Origin: Eledone cirrhosa
Lineage: Eukaryota
Assembly (NCBI GenBank): GCA_964016885.1
Contig: OZ024766.1
Location: 11,904,001 to 11,968,000, forward strand
DNA: 64,000 nucleotides
Direction of reading: 5' to 3'
Position 1 is the first letter of the stretch. Each line of letters begins with the position of its first letter. The notes below the pieces were generated by a model. The model made no database searches. It worked only from the letters and a program-made list of their open reading frames with translations, and was not told the DNA's origin. Positions 35,035 through 48,430 of the stretch are shown in pieces. The position numbers were made by a program, and so were the translations under genes.

Positions 35035-36535
35035 TCATCATCACCGTTTTACGTCCGTTCTTCCACGCTAGCATGGGTTAGACGGGTTGTCCTGTTGTGG
35101 GCAGTGTCTGGTCGGCTGACCATGCCTTGCTCATACAGGAACTGATTTGGCTTGATTTCTACAGCTGGATGCCCTTCCTAACACCAACCTCATTTACAGT
35201 GAGTGCTGGGTGCTTTTTCGTGGCGCCTACACGTCCACTTTACAGTGTGGGCTGGGTGCTTTTTTGCCGTGGCATCTCCACGACCACCTTGAAGTGGGGA
35301 GTGTGGGGGCATATTGTCTATATGCTTCAGCTTGTACCCATGGGAGGTCGGATACTCTGTATTACTGCATGACGCCAGAGGTCACGGTCGTGTGTCATCA
35401 CCTTTGAGAGGTGTAATTGGGTAAGGTCGGCTTTTATCACCTCATCCCAGGTCATCTTGGGTCTCCCCACTCCGCGGTTTCCATCGACTTCTAGTGCTCT
35501 GCACCTTTTTATGCTGCTGTCATCCTTCATACGCATCACATGTCCATACCAACGCAACTGCCTCTCCTGCACACAGCATTTGATTCCTCTTATGCTCAGT
35601 CTCTTTCTCAATTCATTTATGCTTTGTCGTTCGCGTATATTACCCTACACATCCATCGGAGCATGCAGGCTTTGTTTCTCTCTAATCTACGTAAGTCTTC
35701 CACCTTCAGCGCCCAGGTCTCACTACCATGTAACATTGCTGTTCGGATAGACGCATCATACAGTCTGCTTTCATTTTGAGGGAGAAGCCTTTTGCAGCTA
35801 GCAGTGGCAGTAGCTCCCTGAACTTCTTCCATCCCATTCTTACCCTAGTTATTGTACTTCCTGAGCAAACCCACCTCCGCTGGTAATTCGGTCACCTAGG
35901 TAGAAGCTGTCTACTGTCTCTACAGAGCCCTCCCAGAGATTGGTGGTACTTGTTTCCTGTGGCTGTTTGCTGCTTGCTGTCCCAGTACAGCTGCTGCATG
36001 TGAAGCCTACATTCTTAATTAAGCTTTCTGAGATCCCGCTACATCTCTTGTGTACCCATTGTTTGCATTTGGGGCAGAGAATGGAGTTCCTACCTACACC
36101 TTTCCTACATACTGAGCAAGGCCATTTCCCTGAGGGGATCTGGGTTCTGTTTTCTCGTCTACTTACAAGGACCTTAGTCTTTGTCCTGTTGACTTTGAGA
36201 CCCTTTCTTTCTAGCCCCAGCTTCCAAGTTTGGAATTTCTTCTCTAGTTCTACCATAGATTCAGCTATAAGTGCGAGGTCATCAGCATACAGGAGTTCCC
36301 ATGGGCATCTGGTCTTAAACTCCTCCGTTATTGCCTGCAGGACTATGATGAACAGGAGAGGGCTAAGAACAGAGCCCTGGTGGACACCAACCTGTACGCT
36401 AAATTCATCGCTATACTCATTGCTAATCCTAACTTTGCTGACTGCTCCCCTATACATGGCTTGTACAGCTTTCACAAGCCATTCATCTACTCCTAGTTTT
36501 CTAAGAGCCCACCAGATTACAGCATGTGGAACTCT
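35035..36535 (-). mobile_element. RTE LINE family B, 5'-truncated and frameshifted
   Basis: [22 protein letters not shown]-like Cys/His cluster, [12 protein letters not shown]; 3' UTR and (GAT)n tail. Confidence 0.93.
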
Positions 36536-36536
36536 G

Positions 36537-36597
<61 letters not shown>

Positions 36598-36605
<8 letters not shown>

Positions 36606-37165
36606 ATACTTTGGGAGGGTCATGTTGCCAATAAGAAACACACGCACCAGTTGCTTTCACTTCAATTTATTATAATAAATTTATAATAAATTTATAAATT
36701 TATAAATTTCTGGTTGGTTGGTTGGTTCCACAACCAGATAGTTGTTTATATATTGTCATAGTTCTTTCGTCAAACACTCTGTGACCTCTTCAGTGACTGG
36801 GGATTCCTTTCTTTGTTTTTGGGCCTCTCCTTTGTTCTGTCCTACGCCATTTTGTTCTGACACAGAAACAAAATGGCGTAGGACAGAACAAAGGAGAGGC
36901 ACAAAAACAAAGAAAGGAATCCCCAATCACAGAGTGTGTGACGAAAGAACTATGACAATATATAAACAACTATCTGGTTGTGGAACCAACCAACCAACCA
37001 GAAATTTATAAATTTATTATAAATTTATTATAATAAATTGGAGTGAAAGCAACTGGTGCGTGTGTTTCTAATTGGCAACATGACCCTCCCAAAGTATAAC
37101 AATATCGGTTTCAACACACGATTTCAGATAAAGAATCTTGCTAAACAAATTCAGAAACGAAATAT
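36598..37165. mobile_element. Fold-back element (~250-bp inverted arms + ~60-bp tail) between (TA)n tracts
   Basis: 36598-36856 is the reverse complement of ~36866-37104. Confidence 0.9.
36755..36797 (-). ncRNA. Type I hammerhead ribozyme motif (family D)
   Basis: Reverse complement: GTCA-CTGAAGA-G-GTCA CAGAGTGTT TGAC-GAAA-G AA C-TA-TGAC; the copy in the other arm has lost the CTGAAGA core. Confidence 0.75.
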
Positions 37166-37453
37166 ATATATATATATATATCTAAACCCATGCTCGCGTG
37201 GAAGATAGACGTTAAATGATGATGATGATGATATATATATAAGAAAATGAAGTTTTTAAAAAAAAAAAAACGAAAAGGAAAAAACCAGATGCCCTACATG
37301 GGTGAAAGTATAAGGAAAATAAATTGAAAATACAACTGGAGTCTTTTAAGAATATTTATTTATTTATCGGTTTCACAGTTCTTATGCTTTTCAAAAGTAA
37401 AATTGAGATGGAGGGTTTGTGTTCCTGCTGGGTGACAAATCCTCCCTCTCTAT

Positions 37454-37497
37454 TTTACTTTTGAAAAGCATAAGAACTGTGAAAGTGGTAAAGTAAA
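37454..37497 (+). ncRNA. Hammerhead-like motif with U3-A8 core variant, in fold-back element ~37240-37550
   Basis: TTTACTT-TTGAAAA-GCA TAAGAAC TGT-GAAA-GTGG-TA-AAGTAAA; mirrored at ~37358-37401. Confidence 0.5.
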
Positions 37498-37557
37498 TAA
37501 ATATATCTTCTTAAAAGACTCCAGTTGCATTTTCAATTTCTTTTCCTTATATATCTA

Positions 37558-37612
<55 letters not shown>

Positions 37613-37640
37613 ATATCTGTCTATCTATCTATCTATATAT

Positions 37641-38300
37641 CTGTCCGAGGTGCGTGCGAGACGAAGAAACCGTCGCGCACGCATTCATACACTGCCCGGG
37701 CGTCACTGACCTGTGGGGCTATGTAGAACGACTATTGTCGAGGGTGGGACCAGTCCAGTTGACCACCGAGTCCATTGTCATGATCAAACCGCCACCCTCC
37801 TTCAAAAACGAAGGAGAGGTGGTTTTCCTTTGTGTGATAGCTATGGCGAAAGAGGTTGTATGGTGGACAAGGTTGAAAGGGCTGAGGTCAGACACCTTTC
37901 TCTCCGGCCAACAACTGATTCTTTTTTTCAAATACCACTTTGGAAGAAGAGTCAGGATGGAGAGAGAGGTGCTGTACCCCAGCAAGTTTTATAAAAGGTG
38001 GGTGAAAGTGGCGAGAATGGCCCGAGTGAATGGGCCTTCTCTCTATATCAGCCTGTAGGTTGAGGAAAAGGAGGAGGAGAGGAAAGGAGTACAAGCTCTT
38101 CGTACTCCTGGAGATGAGGGTCGCACATTTTTTTTCGGGGGTATGTGTTACCCATATAAACTGTCTCCCTCTATTGGGGAACATCGACTAACTTTTAAAT
38201 TCCATCTGTGATAACATTTTACACGTTTTTATTGTATGTAAACTTCCCCCTTTGTATTTGTCCCCTTCTTTTGTGCCCCTGTGGCTAATAAAGAAATATA
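37641..38300 (+). mobile_element. Tx1-like LINE 3' fragment
   Basis: CPRCVRDEETVAHAFIHCP...LW zf-RVT motif; preceded by (TATC)n. Confidence 0.85.
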
Positions 38301-38634
38301 TCTATATATATATATAAATTAATAAAAACAATGAATAAAAACAAAGAAACAGTTCCTTATATTAAAAAATTCATCATTTTACGATCGTTTCTAGGATATA
38401 TATATGTGTGTTGGTATGTATATCATATAGATCAGTATTTTTGTGATACTGGTAAAAATGGTGTACATTATTCGATATTTTCAGTAAAAACGATTCTCAC
38501 AATAGAACATCAAAAATATTAATAATAAAAGGTGTGAAATGATATATAGTATTGTCATAACACCAAGGTGTGTGTGAGTGTCCAGATTGTACGTACTGCA
38601 AGGGGAATCCATTAGGCCTTGCCGTATTGGAATA

Positions 38635-39495
38635 TCATCATCATCATCATCATCATCAGGTTTAGCGTCCGTGTTCCACGCTTGCATGGGAAAACCCCCC
38701 GTCCAAACGGACGGGGGGTTTTCCCACTTGAGGCAAGAGTGGTCGTCTTGCTCGCATAGGACTGTCTGGCGGGTTTTCTACAGTTGGATGCCCTTCCTAA
38801 CACCAACCACATTTACAGTGTGGGGCTGGGAGGTTTTTACCGTGTTGCCTACACGGCCACATTACAGCGTGGACTGTCTGGCGGGTTTTCTACAGCTGGA
38901 TGCCCTTCCTAACACCAACCACATTTACAGTGTGGGGCTGGGAGGTTTTTACTGTGTTGCCTACACGGCCACATTACAGCGTGGACTGCCTGGCGGGTTT
39001 TCTACAGCTGGATGCCCTTCCTAACACCAACCACATTTACAGTGTGGGGCTGGGTGGTTTTTACCGTGTTGCCTACACGGCCACATTACAGCGTGGACTG
39101 TCTGGCGGGTTTTCTACAGCTGGATGCCCTTCCTAACACCAACCACATTTACAGTGTGGGACTGGGAGGTTTTTACCGTGTTGCCTACACGGCCACATTA
39201 CAGCGTGGACTGTCTGGCGGGTTTTCTACAGCTGGATGCCCTTCCTAACACCAACCACATTTACAGTGTGGGGCTGGGAGGTTTTTACCGTGTTGCCTAC
39301 ACGGCCACATTTACAGCGTGGACTGTGTGTTTTTTGTCGTGACACCTACACGATCTCATTTGTTTCGGCCTGGATGTTGTGGGACCAACATAACTGTACA
39401 TTGAAAGGGGCGGTGTGGATGGGGTGGAGGTGGTGGGACGGGGGGGTGTTTTGATAGAGATGCCTACTGACTGTAGTAGGTTTTTACTTACCAAG
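38635..39495 (-). mobile_element. RTE family A 3' UTR with about 5 tandem 112-bp modules
   Basis: Matches 42805-43191; period of 112 (38900, 39012, 39124, 39236). Confidence 0.9.
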
Positions 39496-39844
39496 CGTGG
39501 AATACTTGTGTACAAATATGTACGTGGCCATCAGTGTGCAATGAAGTGTGCGTATATGTATGTATGTGTGTGTGTGTCGGCACGTTTGTATCTATATACA
39601 TCAAAAGGTATGCAAATTTGTGTATATTTGTGTTGCAACCATAGAACATGTGTGTTTACGTATGTCATTGTGTTTATATGTGGATAGAGATGTATGTAGG
39701 ATATATGCTGGTGTATGTATGTATGTTGACGTGTGTATGTTGTGGGTTTGTCTTAGGGAGAAGTGTTTAGACGGGGTCCGTATTTGTTAATAAATTGAGA
39801 TTCCTTGCTGATGCCTATATATATGTATATATACATATATATGC

Positions 39845-39879
<35 letters not shown>

Positions 39880-39958
39880 TACATATATATGCATATATAT
39901 ATATATGCATATATATATATATATATATACATATATATGCATATATATATGTATATAT

Positions 39959-40300
39959 GGAGGCACATAGCTTAGTGGTTAGAGCATTGGCCTTGCAATC
40001 AAAAGGTTGAGTTCAATTCTCAGACCGGGTGATGTGTTGTTTCCTTGAGCAAGACACTTTATTTCACATTGCTCCAGTTTACTCAGCTGTAGAAATGAGA
40101 TGATAGGGACTGGGGTCCCTATCATTCCACTGCAAAGTGGTCGTGGAGGTGCCACGGCAAAAAAGCACCCAGCACTCACTGTAAATGAGGTTGGTGTTAG
40201 GAAGGGCATCCAGCTGTAGAAATGAAGCCAGAATCAGTTCCCGTCCCACCCTTGCAATCAGGGAAAAGCGCACGTAAAATGAAATGATGATAATGATGAT
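39959..40300 (+). mobile_element. tRNA-derived CORE-like SINE
   Basis: Matches the SINE consensus. Confidence 0.92.
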
Positions 40301-40335
40301 ATATGTATATGCATATATATATATATATATATGCA

Positions 40336-40369
<34 letters not shown>

Positions 40370-40430
40370 AATATATATGTATATGTATATGCATATATAT
40401 ATACATATATATATGGATATGCATATATAT

Positions 40431-40885
40431 AGACAGTCCACACTGTAATGTGGCCGTGTAGGCAACACGGTAAAAACCTCCCAGCCCCACACTGTAAATG
40501 TGGTTGGTGTTAGGAAGGGCATCCAACTGTAGAAAACCCGCCAGACAGTCCACGCTGTAATGTGGCCGTGTAGGCAACACGGTAAAAACCTCCCAGCCCC
40601 ACACTGTAAATGTGGTTGGTGTTAGGAAGGGCATCCAACTGTAGAAAACCCGCCAGACAGTCCACGCTGTAATGTGGCCGTGTAGGCAACACGGTAAAAA
40701 CCTCCCAGCCCCACACTGTAAATGTGGTTGGTGTTAGGAAGGGCATCCAACTGTAGAAAACCCGCCAGACAGTCCTATGCGAGCAAGACAACCACTCTTG
40801 CCTCAAGTGGGAAAACCCCCGTCCAAACCCATGCAAGCGTGGAACACGGACGCTAAACCTGATGATGATGATGATGATGATGATG

Positions 40886-40888
<3 letters not shown>
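40431..40888 (+). mobile_element. RTE family A 3' UTR with 3 tandem 112-bp modules
   Basis: Matches the RTE family A 3' UTR; (GAT)n tail. Confidence 0.88.
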
Positions 40889-40918
<30 letters not shown>

Positions 40919-41083
40919 TATGTATATGCATATATATATATATCCATATCCAAGGGAAATTATGGTGCGCTTTCATCAGATAAAATACAATACAGATTAG
41001 TTTTATTAATAAATATTGACATACCCTGAAAAAAAGACAACCTTAACGGTTGGAGCTTCCAACAAATTAAATATAACCTCTAC

Positions 41084-41117
<34 letters not shown>

Positions 41118-41160
41118 ATAAATGTGCGTATATGTATATATATATGTATATATATATATG

Positions 41161-41203
<43 letters not shown>

Positions 41204-41336
41204 AGATATGTATATATATATGTAGATATGTATATATATATGTATATATGTATATATATGTATATATATATGTATATATATATGTATATATATATATGTA
41301 TATATATATGTATATATATATGTATATATATATATG

Positions 41337-41367
<31 letters not shown>

Positions 41368-41434
41368 ATATATATGTATGTATATATATGTATATATATA
41401 TGTATGTATATATATATGTATGTATATATGTTAT

Positions 41435-42040
41435 GTCAGGTCACCAGTTGGTGCTACTGGTAACATGTATCCCAGTACAACCTGTCCCATGGTCGGGTCG
41501 TTGGCGACTAAACTGGCAACCCCACCAAGGTTTCTTGGTGAGGAGGGTGACTTTGGACATCCTGCAGGACTAAAAACAAAACCTGTCAAAGGGCAAAGGA
41601 GCTCTTAAGAGTCAATGGCCATCCAAAATCACCGGGAGAGATGACCCCTTAGCCTTTGTCAAGGCAGAATTCTAGAAAGAAAACTCTGATATAACACCTG
41701 CAACCCTGATGGTATCCAATGATGTTGATTTATTCTTCTTTTTGGTAAATATCATCTTGGTTAAGAGAGTGGGACTGGCTTTGTGCAGTGCCTTTGCTCA
41801 CTATAAAAGCTTCACGGCACAGGCATTGCTTTATATCTGGAGATCTCTCTACACTTGTCGTCACATGGTACCAAAGGCCCAGCACTATGTGTCAATAATT
41901 GTCACAGGTGTAGTGTTTGTACCAGAGTTTTCAAGTCGCTGGCTGGACTAAAAGTCACATTTGTTTAGCGCATCGGTAGGGGTTCTCCTACATGGATATA
42001 AAGTAGTGGCCGTACTCGAAAACGAGTTGGCAGCCACCAT
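41435..42040 (+). mobile_element. ~600-bp non-coding interspersed element, longest copy
   Basis: Flanked by (TA/TG)n; ends in hairpin GTGGCCGTACTCGAAAACGAGTTGGCAGCCACCAT. Confidence 0.85.
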
Positions 42041-42150
42041 GTATATATGTATGTATATATATATAGATGTATATATATGTATATATATATATGTATGTAT
42101 ATATATATATGTATGTATATATATGTATATATATGTATGTATATATATGT

Positions 42151-42198
<48 letters not shown>

Positions 42199-42563
42199 GT
42201 ATATATGTATGTATGTATATATGTATGTATGTATATATGTATGTATGTATATATGTATGTATGTATATATGTATGTATGTATATATGTATGTATGTATAT
42301 ATGTATGTATGTATATATGTATGTATGTATATATGTATGTATGTATATATGTATGTACGTATATATGTATGTATATATATATATGTATGTATATATGTAT
42401 GTATATATATGTATGTATGTATATATATGTATGTATGTATATATATATATGTATGTATATATGTATGTATGTATATATATATATGTATGTATATATGTAT
42501 GTATGTATATATATATATGGATGTATAGATATGTATATATATATATATGTATATATATATATG

Positions 42564-42594
<31 letters not shown>

Positions 42595-42633
42595 GTATAT
42601 ATATGTATATATATATATGTATATATATATATG

Positions 42634-42798
<165 letters not shown>

Positions 42799-42804
42799 GT
42801 ATGT

Positions 42805-45800
42805 ATCATCATCATCATCAACGTTTAACGTCCGTGTTCCACGCTTGCATGGGTTTGGACAGGGGTATTCCCACTTGAGGCAAGAGTGATCGTCTTGCTC
42901 GCATAGGACTGTCTGGCAGGTTTTCTACAGTTGGATGCCCTTCCTAACACCAACCACATTTACAGTGTGGGTCTGGGAGGTTTTTACCATGTTGCCTACA
43001 CGGCCACATTACAGCGTGGACTGTGTATTTTTTTGTCGTGACACCTACACGATCTCATTTGTTTCGGCCTGGATGGCGCGGCACCAACATAACTTTACAT
43101 AGAACGGGGTGGTGTGGATGGGGTGGGGTTGGTGGGACGGGGTGTATTTTGTTAGAGATACCTACTGGCTGTAGTAGGTTTTACTATGTATTTAGGTAAG
43201 GCGGGTCTTCTCTGTTACTGAGTACCGCCAAAGGTCTCGGTCCAGTGACATTGTCTCGGAGAGGTGTAAGTGTGTGAGGTCGTAGTTTATCAGCTCGTCC
43301 CAGGTTTTTCTAGGTCTGCCTATTCCGTGGCTACCGTCTATCTTTATTGCCCTGCACTTTGTTATACAGCTATCGACTTTCATGCGCATCACGTGTCCAT
43401 ACCAACGTAGCCTTCTCTCGAGTAAACAACATCTGATCCCTCTTATTTCTAATTTTTTCCTTAGTTCGTTTATGCTTTGCCGTTCACGTATATTACTGTT
43501 ACACATCCAGCGGAGCATGCAAGCTTCGTTCCTCTCTAGTCTGCGTATATCCTCTGCACACAATGCCCAGGTCTCACTGCCATGCAACATTGCTGTTCGT
43601 ATGCAGGCATCATACAACCTGCCTTTCATTTTTAGGGAGAACCCTTTAGCAGCTAATAGTGGTATAAGCTCTCTGAACTTTTTCCAACCAGTTCTGACTC
43701 TAGCTACTGTACTTTCAGAGCACCCTCCCCCACTGCTGATTTTGTCACCCAGGTAACGGAAGCTGTCCACTATTTCTATAGAACCCTCTGCGCAATTGAA
43801 AGAGCTAGTATTATGTGGGCACTTGCTGCTACTTATTGCACCAGAGCACCGGCCACATGTAAAATCTATGTTCTTAGTTAGCTTACCTGTGATCCAACTA
43901 CATCTTTTATGCACCCATACTTTGCATTTGGGACATAAAATGGAGTTTCTACCTATGCCTTTCCTACACACTGAGCATGGCCATTTCCCAGAAGGGACCG
44001 CCGCCTTATTTTCTTTCCTACAAACTAGAACTTTAGTCTTAGCCAGGTTAATTTTAAGTCCTTTTGATTCTAGGCCGTGCTTCCATGTTTGGAATTTCTT
44101 CTCTAGCTCGGCCATTGATTCCGCTATGAGTGTCAGGTCGTCTGCGTATAGGAGTTCCCATGGGCAGCCAGTCTTGAACTCCTCTGTTATAGCCTGAAGG
44201 GCAATAATAAATAGTAGGGGGCTGAGAACAGAGCCCTGATGGACGCCAACTTTTACGCTAAACTCTTCACTATATTCGTTGTTAATTCTAACCTTGCTGA
44301 CAGTTTCTTTATACATGGCTTGTATAGCTCTCACAAGCCATTCGTCAACCCCTAGTTTTCTAAGAGCCCACCAGATAATGGAACGGGGCACTCTGTCGAA
44401 GGCTTTCTCCAAGTCGACAAAAGCTAAGTAGAGGGGTTTACCTTTAGCTAGGTACTTCTCCTGTAGTTGTCGTACAATGAAAAGAGCGTCTGTGGTACTT
44501 TTGCCTGACACAAACCCGAACTGCATTTCATCTAGGTCAATTCTCTCTCTGATTAGTTGCGCTATTACTTTTTCCGTGACCTTCATGACCTGGTCGATTA
44601 ATTTAATGCCTCTATAGTTACTCCTATCTAGGGCATCTCCTTTACCCTTATAACAGTTAACGATGATGCTGCTATGCCAGTCCTTCGGAACAACCCCATT
44701 CTGTACGACTTGGTTAACTATGAGGGTGACCATGGTATGTCCCACCGTGCCAGATGCCTTCAGCATCTCAGCAACTATTTCCGAAGGCCCAGCCGCCTTA
44801 CCCGTCTTCATATCCTTGATTGCCTTACTTATTATACTCCCCTCGACTAACACTGCTGGTCCCTCTATTGGGTCGATGTGGGGGAGACTGTCTTTCTCCC
44901 ATTTATTCTCCTCATTTAGTAGCCTTTCATAGTGACACTTCCAAGCTACCTTCTTATCAGCGTCGGTGATGGCAAGTACGCCGTCATCATTAAGTACACA
45001 CTTCTCCCCGACAATATCACGGTTTTCCTTGACGCATTGCCTAGCAATCCTGAACACCTCACGTTTTTGGTCCTCGCGTTGTAGAACATGCTTGAACTTT
45101 CTTTCCTCTTCTTCCCTTCTTGCGAAGTACACTTGTCTCCTAGCTTCCCTCCTGGCCACTTGATAGTCTTCTCTACTTCCCCCATCCCGCCATACTTTCC
45201 AAGCCTGCTTTTTGGCCTTAATTGACCCCTCCACCTTACTGTTCCACCACCATGTTCCTCTCCTCCTGCCTACAGGCCTGCTCCAGCCACAGACTTCGTC
45301 TGTCGCCATCAGCAGGTTTGCTTTCAGAAATTCCCACTGTCCCTCTATATTGTCCGACTCTAAATGCTCTTCCTTACTGTCGAAAGCATCAAGTAATATG
45401 CTTTGAAATTTATTCCTGGCTGTGGGGTCCTTTAGCTTCCATATTTTTCTCCTGAGGATAGTCCTCTTCTGCTGTCGAGTACGTCTCGTCCTGACTATGA
45501 GGTCGCTAATTATCAGTCTATGTTGGGAGGTGCATTCTTCATGGGGGAGGGATTTAGTGTTTACAACAGACACTCTGTCACGTCTTCTGGTAAGGATATA
45601 ATCTACCTGGCTTGTGTGTTCCCCGGATCTATAGGTGATCAGGTGATTGTCACGTTTTTTGAAGTTAGTGTTACAGATAGTTAGGTTATTTGCATCACAG
45701 AATTCCAGGATTCTGGAGCCTTCCTCATTTCTGGTACCAAACCCATAGCCTCCATGGATTTCGTCGTAGCCGTCACAATGTTGTCCAACGTGACCATTTA

Positions 45801-46472
45801 GGTCGCCTGCAATAATTATATAGTCACTGTCGGTTATTTGGGAGGTAGTGAGCATCAGTGTCTCATAGAATCTGTCTTTTATAGTGCCGGGCAGTCCGGA
45901 TTGGGGTGCGTATGCAGATATTACTGTCAGCGTAGTTCTATTGAGGACAAGTCGTATTTTAATTATTCTGTCGTTCACTCTATTTACGTCTATTATCTTA
46001 TCTGCCCACTTTTCTGCTACCATGATTCCTACTCCACCCAGCCCATCGTCGTTTCCCACCCAGAAAAGCTTATAACATCGTTTTTTACCCTCAATGAATC
46101 TAGCAGACCCACCCCTCCACCTGGTCTCTTGAATACAACAAACATCGACCTCTTTACGTTCAAGCATTTCTACAACCTCGTTAGCGCGACCCTTTAGGGT
46201 GCCTACATTTATGGTACCAACTCTGAAGTTTTGGATTGCGTTTGGAGGGTGGTGGGGGGCGGGGGTAGATGGGGTTATGTTAGCCGTCCGCGGTCGAAAC
46301 AAAGAGGAGTGCTCGCATTCTCGTCCACGAGGTGAATTTGTCTTTATCTTTGGCATTTTCGCGGAGCGTCCAGATTTTTCTCTCTCTTCCACTCTCCAGG
46401 ATTCCGCAGTCCATCCATCCATCATATATCGAAAGGCAACTGGGCAAGCGATAGTATAGGCCTCTGGCTTAC
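42805..46472 (-). mobile_element. RTE-clade LINE (family A), near full length
   Basis: Single long ORF, ~390-nt 3' UTR and (GAT)n tail; embedded in (TA/TG)n. Confidence 0.97.
43192..46425 (-). CDS. RTE LINE polyprotein: AP endonuclease + reverse transcriptase + PHD-like finger (~1077 aa from first Met)
   Basis: Uninterrupted frame: [38 protein letters not shown] (APE); [36 protein letters not shown] (RT); [19 protein letters not shown] (RTE C-terminus). Confidence 0.95.
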   Translation of the reverse strand: MMDGWTAESWRVEEREKSGRSAKMPKIKTNSPRGRECEHSSLFRPRTANITPSTPAPHHPPNAIQNFRVGTINVGTLKGRANEVVEMLERKEVDVCCIQETRWRGGSARFIEGKKRCYKLFWVGNDDGLGGVGIMVAEKWADKIIDVNRVNDRIIKIRLVLNRTTLTVISAYAPQSGLPGTIKDRFYETLMLTTSQITDSDYIIIAGDLNGHVGQHCDGYDEIHGGYGFGTRNEEGSRILEFCDANNLTICNTNFKKRDNHLITYRSGEHTSQVDYILTRRRDRVSVVNTKSLPHEECTSQHRLIISDLIVRTRRTRQQKRTILRRKIWKLKDPTARNKFQSILLDAFDSKEEHLESDNIEGQWEFLKANLLMATDEVCGWSRPVGRRRGTWWWNSKVEGSIKAKKQAWKVWRDGGSREDYQVARREARRQVYFARREEEERKFKHVLQREDQKREVFRIARQCVKENRDIVGEKCVLNDDGVLAITDADKKVAWKCHYERLLNEENKWEKDSLPHIDPIEGPAVLVEGSIISKAIKDMKTGKAAGPSEIVAEMLKASGTVGHTMVTLIVNQVVQNGVVPKDWHSSIIVNCYKGKGDALDRSNYRGIKLIDQVMKVTEKVIAQLIRERIDLDEMQFGFVSGKSTTDALFIVRQLQEKYLAKGKPLYLAFVDLEKAFDRVPRSIIWWALRKLGVDEWLVRAIQAMYKETVSKVRINNEYSEEFSVKVGVHQGSVLSPLLFIIALQAITEEFKTGCPWELLYADDLTLIAESMAELEKKFQTWKHGLESKGLKINLAKTKVLVCRKENKAAVPSGKWPCSVCRKGIGRNSILCPKCKVWVHKRCSWITGKLTKNIDFTCGRCSGAISSSKCPHNTSSFNCAEGSIEIVDSFRYLGDKISSGGGCSESTVARVRTGWKKFRELIPLLAAKGFSLKMKGRLYDACIRTAMLHGSETWALCAEDIRRLERNEACMLRWMCNSNIRERQSINELRKKLEIRGIRCCLLERRLRWYGHVMRMKVDSCITKCRAIKIDGSHGIGRPRKTWDELINYDLTHLHLSETMSLDRDLWRYSVTEKTRLT

Positions 46473-47017
46473 GTATATATATGTATATATATGTATATAT
46501 GTATATATATATATGCATATATATGTATATATGTATATATATATGTATATATATGTGTATAGATATGTATATATATGTATATATATGTATATATATATAT
46601 GTATATATATGTATATATATATATGTATATATATGTATATATATATATGTATATATATGTATATATATATATGTATATATATGTATATATATATATGTAT
46701 ATATATGTATATATATATGTATATATATGTGTATAGATATGTATATATATATATATGTATATATATGTGTATAGATATGTATATATATATATGTATATAT
46801 ATGTGTATAGATATGTATATATATATATGTATATATATATATGTTTATATATATATATGCATATATATATATAAACATATATATGTATATATATATGTAT
46901 GTATATATATGTATATATATATGTATGTATATATATGTATATATATATGTATGTATATATATGTATATATATATGTATGTATATATATGTATATATATAT
47001 GTATGTATATATATATG

Positions 47018-47050
<33 letters not shown>

Positions 47051-47066
47051 GTATGTATATGTGTAT

Positions 47067-47433
47067 GAGAAGGAAAACTCTGATATAACACCTGCAACCC
47101 TGATGGTATCCAATGATGTTGACTTGTTCTTCTCTTTGGTAAATATCATCTTGGTTAAGAGAGTGGGACTGGCTTTGTGCAGTGCCTTTGCTCACTATAA
47201 AAGCTTCACGGCACAGGAATTGCTTTATATCTGGAGATCTCTCTGCACTTGTCCTCACATGGTACCATGGGCCCAGCACTATGTGTCAATAATTGTCACA
47301 AGTGTAGTGTTTGTACCAGAGTTTTCAAGTCGCTGGCTGGACTAAAAAGTCACACTCGTTCAGCGCATCGGTAGGGGTTCTCCTACATGGATATAAAGTA
47401 GGGGCCGTACTCGAAAACGAGTTGGCAGCCACC
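47067..47433 (+). mobile_element. 3' part of the ~600-bp interspersed element
   Basis: Matches 41675-42038. Confidence 0.85.
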
Positions 47434-47879
47434 CTATATATATGTATATATATATGTATATATATATTTATGTATATATATGTTATGTATATATATATTT
47501 ATGTATATATATATGTATATACATGTGTATATATATGTATGTATATATGTATATATATATTTATGTATATATATATATGTATATGTATATATATATGTAT
47601 ATGTATGTCTGTATAAATATGTATATGTATATGTATATATATATGTATATACATACATATATATATACATATATATATATATGTATATTTATATATACAT
47701 ACATATATATACATATATGTATATTTAAATGTACATACATATATATATATACATACATATATATGTATATATATATGTATAAACATACATATATATATAT
47801 GTATATATATATATGTACATACACATATATACATGTATATATACATATATATATATATACATATCTATACATATATATA

Positions 47880-47915
<36 letters not shown>

Positions 47916-48081
47916 TATACATAAATATATATATAGATAAACATACATATATATATAGATATACATATATGCACATAATATACAAAAGATAAGTTTGAGA
48001 GAAAAGCAGCTGTGTACATGAATGAAAAGCAAAAGATATACACAGTTACAGTTATATATATACACACACATGTATACACAA

Positions 48082-48119
<38 letters not shown>

Positions 48120-48238
48120 GTATATATGTATATATATATATATATACGTATATATGTATATATATATATATATACGTATATATGTATATGTATATATATG
48201 TATATGTATATATATGTATATGGATATATATGTATATA

Positions 48239-48275
<37 letters not shown>

Positions 48276-48335
48276 ATATATATATATATATTTATACATA
48301 TATATATATGTGTATATATATATATATATTTATAC

Positions 48336-48366
<31 letters not shown>

Positions 48367-48430
48367 TATATATTTATATGTATATATATGAATATGCATA
48401 CATATGTATATATACATTTATATATATGTG

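Noticed and set aside
38368-38430. Possible hammerhead on the minus strand (GAAA-CGATCG-TA)
   Set aside because: No acceptable CUGANGA core or matching stem I upstream; at most a half motif.
46473-47097. N-terminal YI-rich extension of the 1301-aa ORF
   Set aside because: Stop-free (TA/TG)n microsatellite fused in frame to the RTE ORF. The same applies to 55508-56116 and the many YI/CV-rich ORFs.
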